Shown here: positions 51,420 through 60,685 of the stretch, piece after piece
Position numbering within the stretch: the first letter of the stretch is position 1
How the letters are laid out: the number at the start of each line of letters is the position of its first letter
Source: an uncultured Bifidobacteriaceae bacterium
GTDB lineage: Bacteria; Actinomycetota; Acidimicrobiia; IMCC26256; PALSA-555
Direction: 5' to 3'
Assembly (NCBI GenBank): GCA_964532485.1
Contig: CAZHKE010000004.1
Coordinates: 15,501 to 79,500 of the forward strand
DNA: 64,000 bases
Program-made: the position numbers and the translations under genes
Notes under the pieces: model-generated
The model's database searches: none
What the model saw: only the letters and a program-made list of their open reading frames with translations
What the model was told of the DNA's origin: nothing

Positions 51420-52325
51420 TCAAGCCAGTGTGAATCGGACGCGCACGTCGGCAGCGGTCGCGAGCGGCCGCCCCGCGTCGTCGGCCCAGCGCGCCGCGTC
51501 CTCGACGAGCGCTGCATTGGTCCTGGAAGGGTGGGCCGCCGGGTTGTCTCCCACGCCCACACGGATGTTGCCGCCGAGCTCCAGCGCCCGCCGACACACC
51601 CGCTCGACGGTCGCGGGGTCGTCGATCGTGTACGGCACCACCATCCACTCGACGTCGATGTCATCGGGGATCTGGTGCAGGTGGAACTCGAGCGCGGCCG
51701 TGTCCGGTGCCGGTCCGACCGCCCAGGAGCCCATCACGAATATCTTGAAGAACACGGGCTGGCGCAGCCGTCCGGCGCGCACGAGGTTGACCATCGTGCG
51801 CGTGAAGCCCACGTCGAAAGCCGCCACGCTCGGGTGGAGGCCGAGCTCGTCGAAGCGCGCGAGCGCGGTGAGCGTGAAGGCGAGCGAGTTCTGCACCACC
51901 GTCCGGCCTGCGAGCGTGTCGATCGCGCCGACGAAGTCACACGCGTCCTCGTCCCACGTGATCACGTTCACCGAGCCGATGTCGATCGGTGCGACCTGGA
52001 GCCCATGCCGCTCGCGCAGGATCCAACAATGGCCGAGCCGGTCCTCGATGGAGTCCGGGGGTTGTGTCGGGTACGTCGGATACGCGACCACGGAGCTGCG
52101 GGCGCGCATCTGCTCGAGCGCGGCGCCGTACAGCTCGGCGTCCGCGGCGCGTTGCTCGCCCGTCTCGGGGTCGCGTGCGTGCCAGTGCACGACCGACGCG
52201 CCGGCGGCTTCACAGTGCTGCGCGTCGACAGCGATGTCCTCGGGAGTGATGGGGACGTGGGGATGATCAGCGCGACTGATGCCCTCGTTGAGTCCCACCT
52301 CGACGATGACGGCGTCGCGCTCCAC
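51420..52325 (-). CDS. Beta-keto acid cleavage enzyme (BKACE / DUF849), paralog 2
   Basis: Track ORF 51420..53108 was trimmed to GTG 52325, 5 nt after the upstream stop. AVIVEVGLNEGISRADHPHVPITPEDIAVDAQHCEAAGASVVHWHARDPETG. Roughly half the residues match paralog 1 by eye. Confidence 0.85.
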   Translation of the reverse strand: MERDAVIVEVGLNEGISRADHPHVPITPEDIAVDAQHCEAAGASVVHWHARDPETGEQRAADAELYGAALEQMRARSSVVAYPTYPTQPPDSIEDRLGHCWILRERHGLQVAPIDIGSVNVITWDEDACDFVGAIDTLAGRTVVQNSLAFTLTALARFDELGLHPSVAAFDVGFTRTMVNLVRAGRLRQPVFFKIFVMGSWAVGPAPDTAALEFHLHQIPDDIDVEWMVVPYTIDDPATVERVCRRALELGGNIRVGVGDNPAAHPSRTNAALVEDAARWADDAGRPLATAADVRVRFTLA

Positions 52326-52330
52326 CGGCG

Positions 52331-53197
52331 TCAGGCCTTCGCCTCGGGACGCCAGCTCGGCGGGCGCTTCTCCTGGAAGCTGCGCATGCCCTCGACGGCC
52401 TCCGGCGACCGCATTGCGAGCAGGAAGTCGTCGAGGCGAATCGGCACCAATGCCTGGTTCACCATCCGCTTCGCGATCGCGCGCGCGCCGGGTGCGGTGC
52501 GCCGGACGAGCGCGGTCACCGATTCCATCTCTTCCTCGAGCCGTTCGTGTGCGACGACCTTGGCAACGAGACCGGCCCGTTCCGCGGCGTCGGCGTCGAG
52601 CTCCTCCGCCGTGTAGATCATCCACCGTGCCTTTGCCAGCCCGATGTGCATCGGGAGGCGAGGAGGGACGAACGGGTCGACGAGACCACGCAGCAGCTCC
52701 GGGACGCGGAAGCGCGCGTGCTCCGACGCGATCACGAGGTCGCTCATCAAGACGATGATCAAGCCGGCCGCCTGGCACAGGCCGTTGACCGCGGTGATCA
52801 CCACCTTCGAGCACCGTTCGAAGCTCTGGTAGGGGAAGGCGCCCTCGGCGGCCGCGAGCTTGCCGACGAGATCGGCTGCCCACTCGTCGGCGCCGATCGA
52901 GAGGTCGCCGCCGGGCACGAAGTACTGGTCGCCGGTCGCGCTGATCGTGATCACGTCGACCGAGTCGTCGAGCTCTGCGAGCAGCAGGGCGCGGCGGAGG
53001 CCCTCGTACATGGCCGGCGTGAGCGCGTTCGCCTTGTCGGGACGGTCGATGACGAGTCGGGCGACGCCGTCGCGAGCCTCGAAGTGCAACCCTTCGGTCT
53101 CGCGCCACTGCGCGCCCGTGTCGACCACCGCAGCATCTTGCGGACGGCCTCTCGAATTGTCAAACATGGTGAGACGATTCGACCCCAGGGTCTTCAT
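52331..53197 (-). CDS. Enoyl-CoA hydratase/isomerase family protein
   Basis: Track ORF 52331..53386 was trimmed to ATG 53197 (GGAGAAGAGGG upstream). ATG 53167 is an alternative. VARLVIDRPDKANAL, VITAVNGLCQAAGLIIV. Confidence 0.8.
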   Translation of the reverse strand: MKTLGSNRLTMFDNSRGRPQDAAVVDTGAQWRETEGLHFEARDGVARLVIDRPDKANALTPAMYEGLRRALLLAELDDSVDVITISATGDQYFVPGGDLSIGADEWAADLVGKLAAAEGAFPYQSFERCSKVVITAVNGLCQAAGLIIVLMSDLVIASEHARFRVPELLRGLVDPFVPPRLPMHIGLAKARWMIYTAEELDADAAERAGLVAKVVAHERLEEEMESVTALVRRTAPGARAIAKRMVNQALVPIRLDDFLLAMRSPEAVEGMRSFQEKRPPSWRPEAKA

Positions 53198-53258
53198 GCC
53201 CTCTTCTCCCGGCGCGTCGCGCGCGTCACGGTGTGAACGGCACCGGCCGGCTGACCAC

Positions 53259-54950
53259 ATGAGCGGTCGCCGCGCTCCCTGGCGCCTGCCGCGCGCGGAG
53301 ACCGCCGTGCCCGCCGACGTGCCCCCGCCCGACGGCACACCGCTCGTCGATGCGGGCCCACCCGGTGTCGCCGGCGAGCTCGACACGCGGATCGACCCCC
53401 GCTTTCCGCTCTACACCGCGTCGAACCTCTCCGAGGCGTTCCCCGGACCCATGACGCCGCTGTCGCTCGACCTCACGATGCACGCGATGCGCGGCTCCTC
53501 GCGCGTGTCGGCCACCCTCTACGGGCTCGAGGAGCCGCTCGCCACCGAGCTGCTGCGCTCGGTCGCGGTGTTCGGCCACCGCGTCTACGGCGGAGTCTCG
53601 ATCCTGCGTGAGCTCGCCGAGGTGATGCCCGGATGGTCCCCGGAGGAGATCGACCATCAGTACCTCGGGATCCCGCTGCCCGAGGAGCGCACTCGCACCC
53701 GTGTGTCGACGGGCGCCGTGATGCGCGGCCTGCGGGTCGGCACCACCGTCGCTCTCCTTGCCGCGGGCCTTCGTCGGGAGGTCGACGAGGTCGTTGCGAC
53801 GGCGGCGCGGCTCACGTCCGATCTTGATGCGCTGGCCGGGCTCGACGACACCGCGCTCGCCAGGCGGATCACCACGTTGCACGACGAGGTCGTGCAGGCG
53901 TGGGTCGTCTCGACCTTCTGCACGGTCCTGGCCGGCGGCGTCCTCTCGGCGATCGAGAAGGCCGGTGGTGTGCCGGTTCGCTCGGGTCCGGGCGCACGCC
54001 GCCTCGACAGCGTCGGCGCGCTCGCTGGCGTGGCGGCCATCGCCGACCGGGCTCGGAGTGAGCCCGCGGTTGCCGAGGTGCTGCGCACGAAGCCGCCCGC
54101 GGAAGCCCTGCGCGAGCTACGGGAACGAGCTCCGTGGCTCGCACGGTCGATCGACGACGTCATCCGCGACCACGGACACCGCGGACCCGGCGAGACCGAC
54201 CTCGCGAGCCCCATGTTCGCCGACGACCCTGCACTGCTCGTCGACGTCGTCAGGAAGACGCTCGATGCCCCCGCGCGGCCCGCGCCCGACGTGCCGGCGC
54301 TCTCACGGCACCAGCGTGTGCTCGCTCGCCTCGCGCACCGGACGATGCTCACGCGCGAGCGCTCTCGTGATGCGGTCGTACGGATGACCCATGCGCTGCG
54401 GCTCGCGGTGCGCGAGCGTGGAGTCCGACTCGCCGCGGCCAGAACGCTGGGGCGCCCCGACGATGTGCACTACCTCGTGTTCGCCGAGCTGCGCGACCCG
54501 CCGCGGGACGCGCGCGACGCCGTGGCCAGGCGGCGCGCCGAGCGTGCTCGCCTGGCGAGGGTTCGCATGCCTCCCCTCTTCGCCGGTCACTGGGAGCCCG
54601 AGGTCGACGCCGGTGCCCGGCTCGAGCCCGGAGAGGTGATCAGTGGGATCCCGGCGTCGCCCGGCACGGTCCGGGCGAGGGTGCGCGTGCTCGAGGCCGA
54701 CTCGCTCCACGACCTCGAGCCCGATGAGGTGCTCGTCGCCGCCACCACCGACACCGGGTGGACGCCGCTCTTCGCGTTCGCCGCCGCGGTGGTCACCGAC
54801 ATCGGAGCACAGATCTCGCATGCCGCGGTCGTCGCCCGGGAGTTCGGCGTCCCGGCCGTCGTCGGCACCCGAGAGGCGACGCGGCGCCTGCGCACCGGCC
54901 AGCTCGTCGACGTCGACGGCGCCGCGGGGACGGTGACGGCGGTCGACTGA
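53259..54950 (+). CDS. PEP-utilizer swivel-histidine protein without a recognisable ATP-grasp domain, paralog c
   Basis: Track ORF 52860..54950 was trimmed to ATG 53259. [19 protein letters not shown] near the N-terminus. C-terminal GIPASPGTVRARVRVL...[50 protein letters not shown]. Length ~563 aa. Confidence 0.85.
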   Translation: MSGRRAPWRLPRAETAVPADVPPPDGTPLVDAGPPGVAGELDTRIDPRFPLYTASNLSEAFPGPMTPLSLDLTMHAMRGSSRVSATLYGLEEPLATELLRSVAVFGHRVYGGVSILRELAEVMPGWSPEEIDHQYLGIPLPEERTRTRVSTGAVMRGLRVGTTVALLAAGLRREVDEVVATAARLTSDLDALAGLDDTALARRITTLHDEVVQAWVVSTFCTVLAGGVLSAIEKAGGVPVRSGPGARRLDSVGALAGVAAIADRARSEPAVAEVLRTKPPAEALRELRERAPWLARSIDDVIRDHGHRGPGETDLASPMFADDPALLVDVVRKTLDAPARPAPDVPALSRHQRVLARLAHRTMLTRERSRDAVVRMTHALRLAVRERGVRLAAARTLGRPDDVHYLVFAELRDPPRDARDAVARRRAERARLARVRMPPLFAGHWEPEVDAGARLEPGEVISGIPASPGTVRARVRVLEADSLHDLEPDEVLVAATTDTGWTPLFAFAAAVVTDIGAQISHAAVVAREFGVPAVVGTREATRRLRTGQLVDVDGAAGTVTAVD

Positions 54951-54975
54951 CCCGACCGTCGACAGGGTCCGTGCA

Positions 54976-55710
54976 TCACGTGGCTCGTCGCGCGCGTCGC
55001 TCGAACAGCTCCACCTGCACGTGCAGCTCGCTCGCCATCTCGCGCTCCACCTGCTCGTCGGTGAGCCCGTCGACCAGCGCCTTCGCGCGTGCGACAGCGA
55101 CCGGGTCTTGGTCGGCGAGCAGGGTGGCCAGCGCACCCGCGCGAGCATCGAGCTCGGCGTCTGCCGCAAGCTCGCTCACGAGTCCCCACGACACTGCCGC
55201 CTCGCCACTGATTGCATCGCCCGTGAGCACGAGATGCTTCGTCCGCTCGGGGCCGACGAGCCCGTCGAGGAGCGCGATCCCACCGAGGTCGGGCACGATG
55301 CCGAAGCGGATCTCCGGGAGCCCCATGCGGGCGTCGGGCGTCGCGACGCGCAGGTCTGCGTGGAGCGCGAGCTCGAGCGCACCGCCGAGCACCCAGCCGT
55401 GGAGCGCGGCGACGACGGGCTTGGTGATGCGCCGGAGCGCCAGCGCCGCCCGCTGGTCGCGCCCGATGAACTCTGCGTCGCTCTCGCCGTGCGGCCGCCG
55501 ACCGAGCTGCGTGATGTCGCGCCCCGAGGAGAAGGACGGGCCTTCACCCCGGAGGACGATCGCGCGGACACCGTCGTCGGCCGCGAGCTCGGCTAGGGCT
55601 GACCGCCACTCGGTGAGGAGCTCGTCGCTGAGCGCGTTGTGCTTGTCGGGCCGGTTGAAGGACAGGACGCCCACGCCGTCCGCGACGTGGGAGGTCGTCA
55701 GCCCGCTCAT
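54976..55710 (-). CDS. Enoyl-CoA hydratase/isomerase family protein
   Basis: 244 aa. VGVLSFNRPDKHNAL, SFSSGRDI, VAALHGWVLGGALELAL. Confidence 0.9.
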   Translation of the reverse strand: MSGLTTSHVADGVGVLSFNRPDKHNALSDELLTEWRSALAELAADDGVRAIVLRGEGPSFSSGRDITQLGRRPHGESDAEFIGRDQRAALALRRITKPVVAALHGWVLGGALELALHADLRVATPDARMGLPEIRFGIVPDLGGIALLDGLVGPERTKHLVLTGDAISGEAAVSWGLVSELAADAELDARAGALATLLADQDPVAVARAKALVDGLTDEQVEREMASELHVQVELFERRARRAT

Positions 55711-55728
55711 GCGCTAGAGAGTGTGCCG

Positions 55729-56919
55729 ATGGCAGCGCGCGCGATCCACCGCGTGGGCGAGTCGGCGCGCCGGGTCGGTGCTGTCGCGGGCTCGATCGGC
55801 CAGGTCCTGCTGGGTCTGGCGCCGTGGGTGCCGGCGCCGCGACCGCACACCGGAGCTGCGCTGCGCCCGGAGTGGCTCACGCGGCAGCTGGGTGCGCGGG
55901 TTCCGGGAGCGGTCATCGAGCGCATCGACACGATCGACGGCACGTCGGGAACGACCGACCGGCTGCGGCTGGGGCTGTCGTGGAACGAGGCCGGCCGCGC
56001 CGCCGCGCTGCCGGCAAGCGTGTTCGTCAAGAGCACTTCACCGTCGCCGAAGAACCGGACGATGGTCGGTGCGCTGTGGATGGCCGTCAACGAGGTGAAG
56101 TTCTACCGCACCGCTCGGGTCGATCTCGGCGACGTCGCGCCCGAGCCGTACGTCGCTCACGCGGGTGCCGGGGCGCGGTTCCTGCTCGTGCTCGAGGATC
56201 TCGTTGCTCGTGGCGCGCATCCCTTCGGGTTGGGTGACGACTGCGACCTCGCGCACGCGCAGGCGATGATGCGGACGCTGGCCGAGGTGCACGCGAGGTT
56301 CTGGGAGTCTCCGCGATTCGAGACCGACCTCGCGTGGGCCGCGCCGGTGACCCGCCGGTCCGGCATGAGCCTGCTCGCGTTCCAGTTCCGGCGAGTCCGC
56401 ACGAAGATGCTCGAGTCGCGAGATCGTTTCGAGCTCCCACCCGCGGTGGAGCGGATGGCGCGCTTCGTGAACGACCACGACGAAGCGCTGTACCGGTGCT
56501 GGGAGCGAGGCCCGTCGACGCTCCTCCACGGCGACTCGCACCTCGGCAACACGTACGCGCTTCCTGACGGCCGCGCGGGTCTGCTCGACTGGCAAGTGGT
56601 CTTCCGTGGTCCCGGGGTGCGCGAGGTCGCGTACTTCCTCGCGACGTCGGCACCGACAACCTTGCGTCGCGAGCACGAGCGCGGTCTTCTGCGCCTGTAT
56701 GTCGACACGCTGCGCGAGCGCGGCATCGATGCCCTCTCGTTTGACGCCGCGTGGGACGACTACCGGTTCTTCGTCTACGACGCCTGGGACTCGACCGCGA
56801 TCACCGTGCTCTGGCCCGGACTCCAACCATCGCAGACGGTCGCAGGGTCGTTTCGACGAGCGACGGCCGCAGTCGTCGACCTGCAGGTCGACGACGCGGT
56901 GGAGCATGCGCTGAGGTAG
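55729..56919 (+). CDS. Phosphotransferase (aminoglycoside phosphotransferase / ecdysteroid kinase-like, protein-kinase fold)
   Basis: Track ORF 55639..56919 was trimmed to ATG 55729. Catalytic loop LLHGDSHLGNTY, followed by LLDWQ. Confidence 0.8.
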   Translation: MAARAIHRVGESARRVGAVAGSIGQVLLGLAPWVPAPRPHTGAALRPEWLTRQLGARVPGAVIERIDTIDGTSGTTDRLRLGLSWNEAGRAAALPASVFVKSTSPSPKNRTMVGALWMAVNEVKFYRTARVDLGDVAPEPYVAHAGAGARFLLVLEDLVARGAHPFGLGDDCDLAHAQAMMRTLAEVHARFWESPRFETDLAWAAPVTRRSGMSLLAFQFRRVRTKMLESRDRFELPPAVERMARFVNDHDEALYRCWERGPSTLLHGDSHLGNTYALPDGRAGLLDWQVVFRGPGVREVAYFLATSAPTTLRREHERGLLRLYVDTLRERGIDALSFDAAWDDYRFFVYDAWDSTAITVLWPGLQPSQTVAGSFRRATAAVVDLQVDDAVEHALR

Positions 56920-56940
56920 TCCGAGCGCGACGATGTCGAC

Positions 56941-57387
56941 GTGAGCATCCGGCTGTCCGAGGATGAGGCCTGGGCGGTGGTCGAAGCCGCCCGTACCGGG
57001 ATGCTCACGACGCTGCGCGCCGATGGCCGTCCGGTCACCCTTCCCGTCTGGTTCGTCGCGCTCGAGCGTGCCGTCTACTGCCAGACGCCCACCAGAGCGA
57101 AGAAGCTGGCGCGGATCCGCCAGGATCCGCGAGCGAGCTTTCTCGTCGAGCGCGGCGACCGTTGGACCGAGCTCGTCGGCGTGCACCTCGAGGGGAGCGC
57201 CGAGATCGTGGACGACGACGAGGTCTGCCGTCAGGTCCGCCGCGCGCTCGACGAGAAGTACGAGGGCCTCGGCGTGCCCCGGTCAGCCCCGAGCGAGACC
57301 AAGGCGCGCTACGCCCAGAGTGCGGTGATCCGCTTCGTACCGGACGGCAAGATCCTCACGTGGGACAACGCTCGCCTCGACGTCTGA
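56941..57387 (+). CDS. Pyridoxamine 5'-phosphate oxidase-like (PPOX class, FMN/F420-binding split beta-barrel) protein
   Basis: 148 aa with a GTG start. GMLTTLRADGRPVTLPVWFVALERAVY. Size and pattern are typical of the family. Confidence 0.75.
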   Translation: MSIRLSEDEAWAVVEAARTGMLTTLRADGRPVTLPVWFVALERAVYCQTPTRAKKLARIRQDPRASFLVERGDRWTELVGVHLEGSAEIVDDDEVCRQVRRALDEKYEGLGVPRSAPSETKARYAQSAVIRFVPDGKILTWDNARLDV

Positions 57388-57398
57388 GGCGGCGTGCG

Positions 57399-58202
57399 TC
57401 AGCGGCCCTCGAAGCGGGGGTCGCGCTTCTCGACGAAGGCCTTGAGCCCCTCCTTGAAGTCGCCGCTGCGGATCGCGAGCTCCTCGACGACCGCCTCCTG
57501 CGCGAGCGCCTGGGTCAGCGACGATTCGAGCGAGTGGTGCATCAGCGACTTCGTGAGGCCGACCGCGACGGTCGACGCCTGAGCGAGGCGCCCCACCAGC
57601 TCGAGGGTCTCTGCGTCGAGGGCGTCGTCGTCCACCAGCCGTGTGACGAGTCCCCAGTCGTAGGCCTGCTCCGCGTCGATCGTTTCGCCCAGCAACAGCA
57701 TCTCCTTCGCGCGAGCAACGCCGATCAAGCGCGGCAGTATGAACGAGCCACCCGAGTCGGGGGTGAGGCCGCGCTGCACGAAGGGCTCCGCGAAGCGCGC
57801 CGTGCGCGACGCGACGACGAAGTCGGCCGCGAGCGCGAGGTTGCAGCCGACCCCGATCGCATGCCCTCGCACGGCAGCCACGACCGGGAGCTGGCTCTCC
57901 CACAGCCCGCGGATCAGCCGGTGGGCTCGGGCCGCGAGGCCACGCTGCACGTGACCGGTGCGCGGGCGCTGATCGCTGGGCGCGTTGACCGAGGGGAGAT
58001 CGATCCCGGCGCAGAAGCTCGAGCCGGTGCCCGCGACGACGATCACCCGTGTCGTGTCGTCGGACGCAGCGTCGATCACCGCGTCGGCCAGCAGCCCGAG
58101 CCCGGGGTCGGTGAGCGCGTTGTGGACGTCGGGCCGGTCGATGGTCAGGCGCAGCACCGGGCCGTCGTGCTCGATCAGGAGTCCTTCGTCTGCTGCGCTC
58201 AT
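57399..58202 (-). CDS. Enoyl-CoA hydratase/isomerase family protein
   Basis: 267 aa. VLRLTIDRPDVHNAL, SFCAGIDL, VAAVRGHAIGVGCNLAL, C-terminal FKEGLKAFVEKRDPRFEG. Confidence 0.9.
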   Translation of the reverse strand: MSAADEGLLIEHDGPVLRLTIDRPDVHNALTDPGLGLLADAVIDAASDDTTRVIVVAGTGSSFCAGIDLPSVNAPSDQRPRTGHVQRGLAARAHRLIRGLWESQLPVVAAVRGHAIGVGCNLALAADFVVASRTARFAEPFVQRGLTPDSGGSFILPRLIGVARAKEMLLLGETIDAEQAYDWGLVTRLVDDDALDAETLELVGRLAQASTVAVGLTKSLMHHSLESSLTQALAQEAVVEELAIRSGDFKEGLKAFVEKRDPRFEGR

Positions 58203-58254
58203 GCTTCCCGCTCTCGGCGTCTGCGGCGCCGGGCCGCGCTCGCTCGACGCGTGC

Positions 58255-59376
58255 TCATGCCGGCATCCGGTCGCGAGCGGCGTCGAGCAGCAGTCCGGCG
58301 AGGCGGCCGCGATGGATGGCGGTGTCGCCGAACAGCGCCGCGTCGAGCTGGGTGCGCTTCAGGTACAGGTGGCAGTCGTGCTCCCAGGTGAAGCCGATGC
58401 CGCCGTGTGCCTGTACCGCGTCACCGGCGACCCGCTCGGCCGCGTCCCGCGCGTACGAAGCTGCGATCGACGCAAGGCGAGGCGCGGCGTCGGGTTGCAG
58501 GTCGAGCGCGTGGGCCGCGCCTTCGACCGCGACCGACGCGGCCTCGGAGAGCACGTACATGTCGGCGAGCATGTGCTTGACCGCTTGGAACGAGCCGATC
58601 GGCCGGTTGAACTGCACGCGTTGCTTCGAGTACTCGACGGCGCGGGCGAGGATCTCACGCGCGGCGCCGGCGCCGTCGGCCGCGAGCACCGTCGCGGCGC
58701 GCTCGACCAGCTGGTCGAACACGGTGTCGTCGATCGCCGCGGTCGCGTCGACCACGACATCGTCGAACGTCAGCTGCGAGAGCCGCCGGGTGTGGTCGAT
58801 GGTCGGCGTCGGCCGCACGTCCACCCCTGGGATCGTCGTCTCCACGAGCGCCAGGCGACGCGCGCGACCATCGGTTGTGGCGACCACCACGAAGTCGGCC
58901 ACGTGGGCGTCGGGCACGAAGCCGGCGGCGCCGTCCAGGCGGAGCGCCGAGCCGTCGTCGCGGCACCGTACGCCGAGTGCGTCGTCACCGAGGCGACCGC
59001 TCGGCCCGGTCAGCGCGACCGTCCCGATCGCCTCGCCCGTGGCCAGCGGATCGAGCCAGCGAGCCCGCTGCTCGACGCTGCCGCCCAGCACGAGCGCTGA
59101 GATCGCGAGCACCGCGCTGGCCAGGAACGGGCCCGGCGTCAGACGGGCGCCGAGCTCCTCGGCGATCACGACGACCTCCCCGAACCCGGCGCCGGCACCG
59201 CCGTCGACCTCGGGCACGAGCAGAGCGAGCCATCCGAGCTCGGCCATGTCGCGCCACAGCGCCTGATCGAACCCCACGGGATGGTCGAGCAGCTCCCGCA
59301 CGCTCGCGGTCGGCGCCGACCGGTCGAGCATCGCTCGCGCCGACGCGCGCAGCGCGTCGCGCTCTTCCGCGTTCAC
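58255..59376 (-). CDS. Acyl-CoA dehydrogenase (downstream member of an adjacent pair)
   Basis: 373 aa. YSKQRVQFNRPIGSFQAVKHMLADM, QAHGGIGFTWEHDCHLYLKR. 4-nt overlap with the upstream ACAD. Confidence 0.9.
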   Translation of the reverse strand: MNAEERDALRASARAMLDRSAPTASVRELLDHPVGFDQALWRDMAELGWLALLVPEVDGGAGAGFGEVVVIAEELGARLTPGPFLASAVLAISALVLGGSVEQRARWLDPLATGEAIGTVALTGPSGRLGDDALGVRCRDDGSALRLDGAAGFVPDAHVADFVVVATTDGRARRLALVETTIPGVDVRPTPTIDHTRRLSQLTFDDVVVDATAAIDDTVFDQLVERAATVLAADGAGAAREILARAVEYSKQRVQFNRPIGSFQAVKHMLADMYVLSEAASVAVEGAAHALDLQPDAAPRLASIAASYARDAAERVAGDAVQAHGGIGFTWEHDCHLYLKRTQLDAALFGDTAIHRGRLAGLLLDAARDRMPA

Positions 59377-60593
59377 GTCGACGTGGGCTCGCGGGGGAGC
59401 CCGAGCACCCGCTCACCGATCACGTTGCGCTGGATCTCGCTGGTGCCGCCGGCGATCGTCCACGTCCACGAGCCGATGTGGTCCATGAGCCAGTCGCCGG
59501 AGGTCCAGCTCGACGCGAACCCGCGGCCCCGGTCGACATGGGCGGGCAGCCCGCGGACCCGGACCCCGAGCGCGGTGAGCGACTGGAGCAGCTCGCTGTA
59601 GAAGAGCTTCACGATCGAGGCTTCCGGACCGAGGTCTCCGTGCCCGATCAGGTTGCGGAACATCCGGGAGGCGAGGAGCCCGAGGATCTCCACCTCGGCG
59701 GCGCACCTGGCGAGCTCGTCGCGGAACCGCGCGTCGTCCGCGACCATGCGCCCGGAGCCGGCCGGCGTGACCATCGCCTCGTCGCACAACCGGTCGAGTG
59801 CCTCCACGAGCCGTTCCTGGAGCTCGATGATCGCGGAGCCGCGCTCGTTCGTGAGGGTCGTCTGCGCGATGTGCCAGCCCTCGCCCTCTTCGCCGAAGCG
59901 GTGGTCGGCGGGGATGCGCACGTCGGTGAGGAAGATCTCGCAGAACTCCGCGTCGCCGGTCGCCTGGCGGATCGGGCGGATGTCGATGCCCGGGCTCGAG
60001 AGGTCGAGCATGAAGTACGAGATCCCCTTGCGCTTCGGCGCCTCGGGATCGGTGCGCGCCAGCAGGAGGCACCACTGCGCGTGGTTCGCCATGCTCGACC
60101 AGATCTTCTGACCGTTCACGACGTAGTGGTCGCCGTCGCGCACCGCTCGAGTCTGCAAGGACGCGAGGTCCGACCCGGCGTTCGGCTCGGAGAAGCCCTG
60201 GCACCAGATCTCACCGTCGAGGATCCCGGGGAGCAGCTTGCGCTGCTCGGGTGTCCCGTGCTCCATGAGCGTGGCGCCCGCGTGGTTGAGCGAGATCATG
60301 TGGACGCGCAGCTCGGGCGCCTTGGCCCGCGCCATCTCCTGTTGGATCACGATCTGCTCGGCGACCGTGTTGCCGCCGCCGCCGTGCTCCACCGGCCAGT
60401 GCGGCACGAGATACCCGCCGTCGCGCAGCGTGCGCACCCACTCGCAATGGAACTCCACGTACTGCTCCGGGGTTGCTCCCGCGAGGCGCGGCTCCCAGTC
60501 GCGAGGCGCATGATCGTCGAGCCAGGCGCGGACCTCGGCGCGAAACGCCGCGAGCTCGGGTGTCTCGTGTGTCCCCAGGTTCCCGGCGCCCAT
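59373..60593 (-). CDS. Acyl-CoA dehydrogenase (upstream member of the pair)
   Basis: 406 aa. GFSEPNAGSDLASLQTRA, YVVNGQKIWSS, GGTSEIQRNVIGERVLGLP. Confidence 0.9.
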   Translation of the reverse strand: MGAGNLGTHETPELAAFRAEVRAWLDDHAPRDWEPRLAGATPEQYVEFHCEWVRTLRDGGYLVPHWPVEHGGGGNTVAEQIVIQQEMARAKAPELRVHMISLNHAGATLMEHGTPEQRKLLPGILDGEIWCQGFSEPNAGSDLASLQTRAVRDGDHYVVNGQKIWSSMANHAQWCLLLARTDPEAPKRKGISYFMLDLSSPGIDIRPIRQATGDAEFCEIFLTDVRIPADHRFGEEGEGWHIAQTTLTNERGSAIIELQERLVEALDRLCDEAMVTPAGSGRMVADDARFRDELARCAAEVEILGLLASRMFRNLIGHGDLGPEASIVKLFYSELLQSLTALGVRVRGLPAHVDRGRGFASSWTSGDWLMDHIGSWTWTIAGGTSEIQRNVIGERVLGLPREPTST

Positions 60594-60646
60594 CCAGCGC
60601 TGCTCCCGCGTGGTCGACGGCTTGCGTCGCCGACCGTATCCTATGT

Positions 60647-60663
60647 ATCCGTTAACTGATTTG
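60647..60663 (+). promoter_or_regulatory. Recurrent box, site B (ATCCGTTAACTGATTTG), upstream of the P450/amidohydrolase/FAD-oxidoreductase operon
   Basis: 15/17 identical to site C; both differences are T/C transitions. It lies 22 nt before ATG 60686. Confidence 0.55.
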
Positions 60664-60685
60664 AGGCAGCCGGGGAGCGTTGGCG

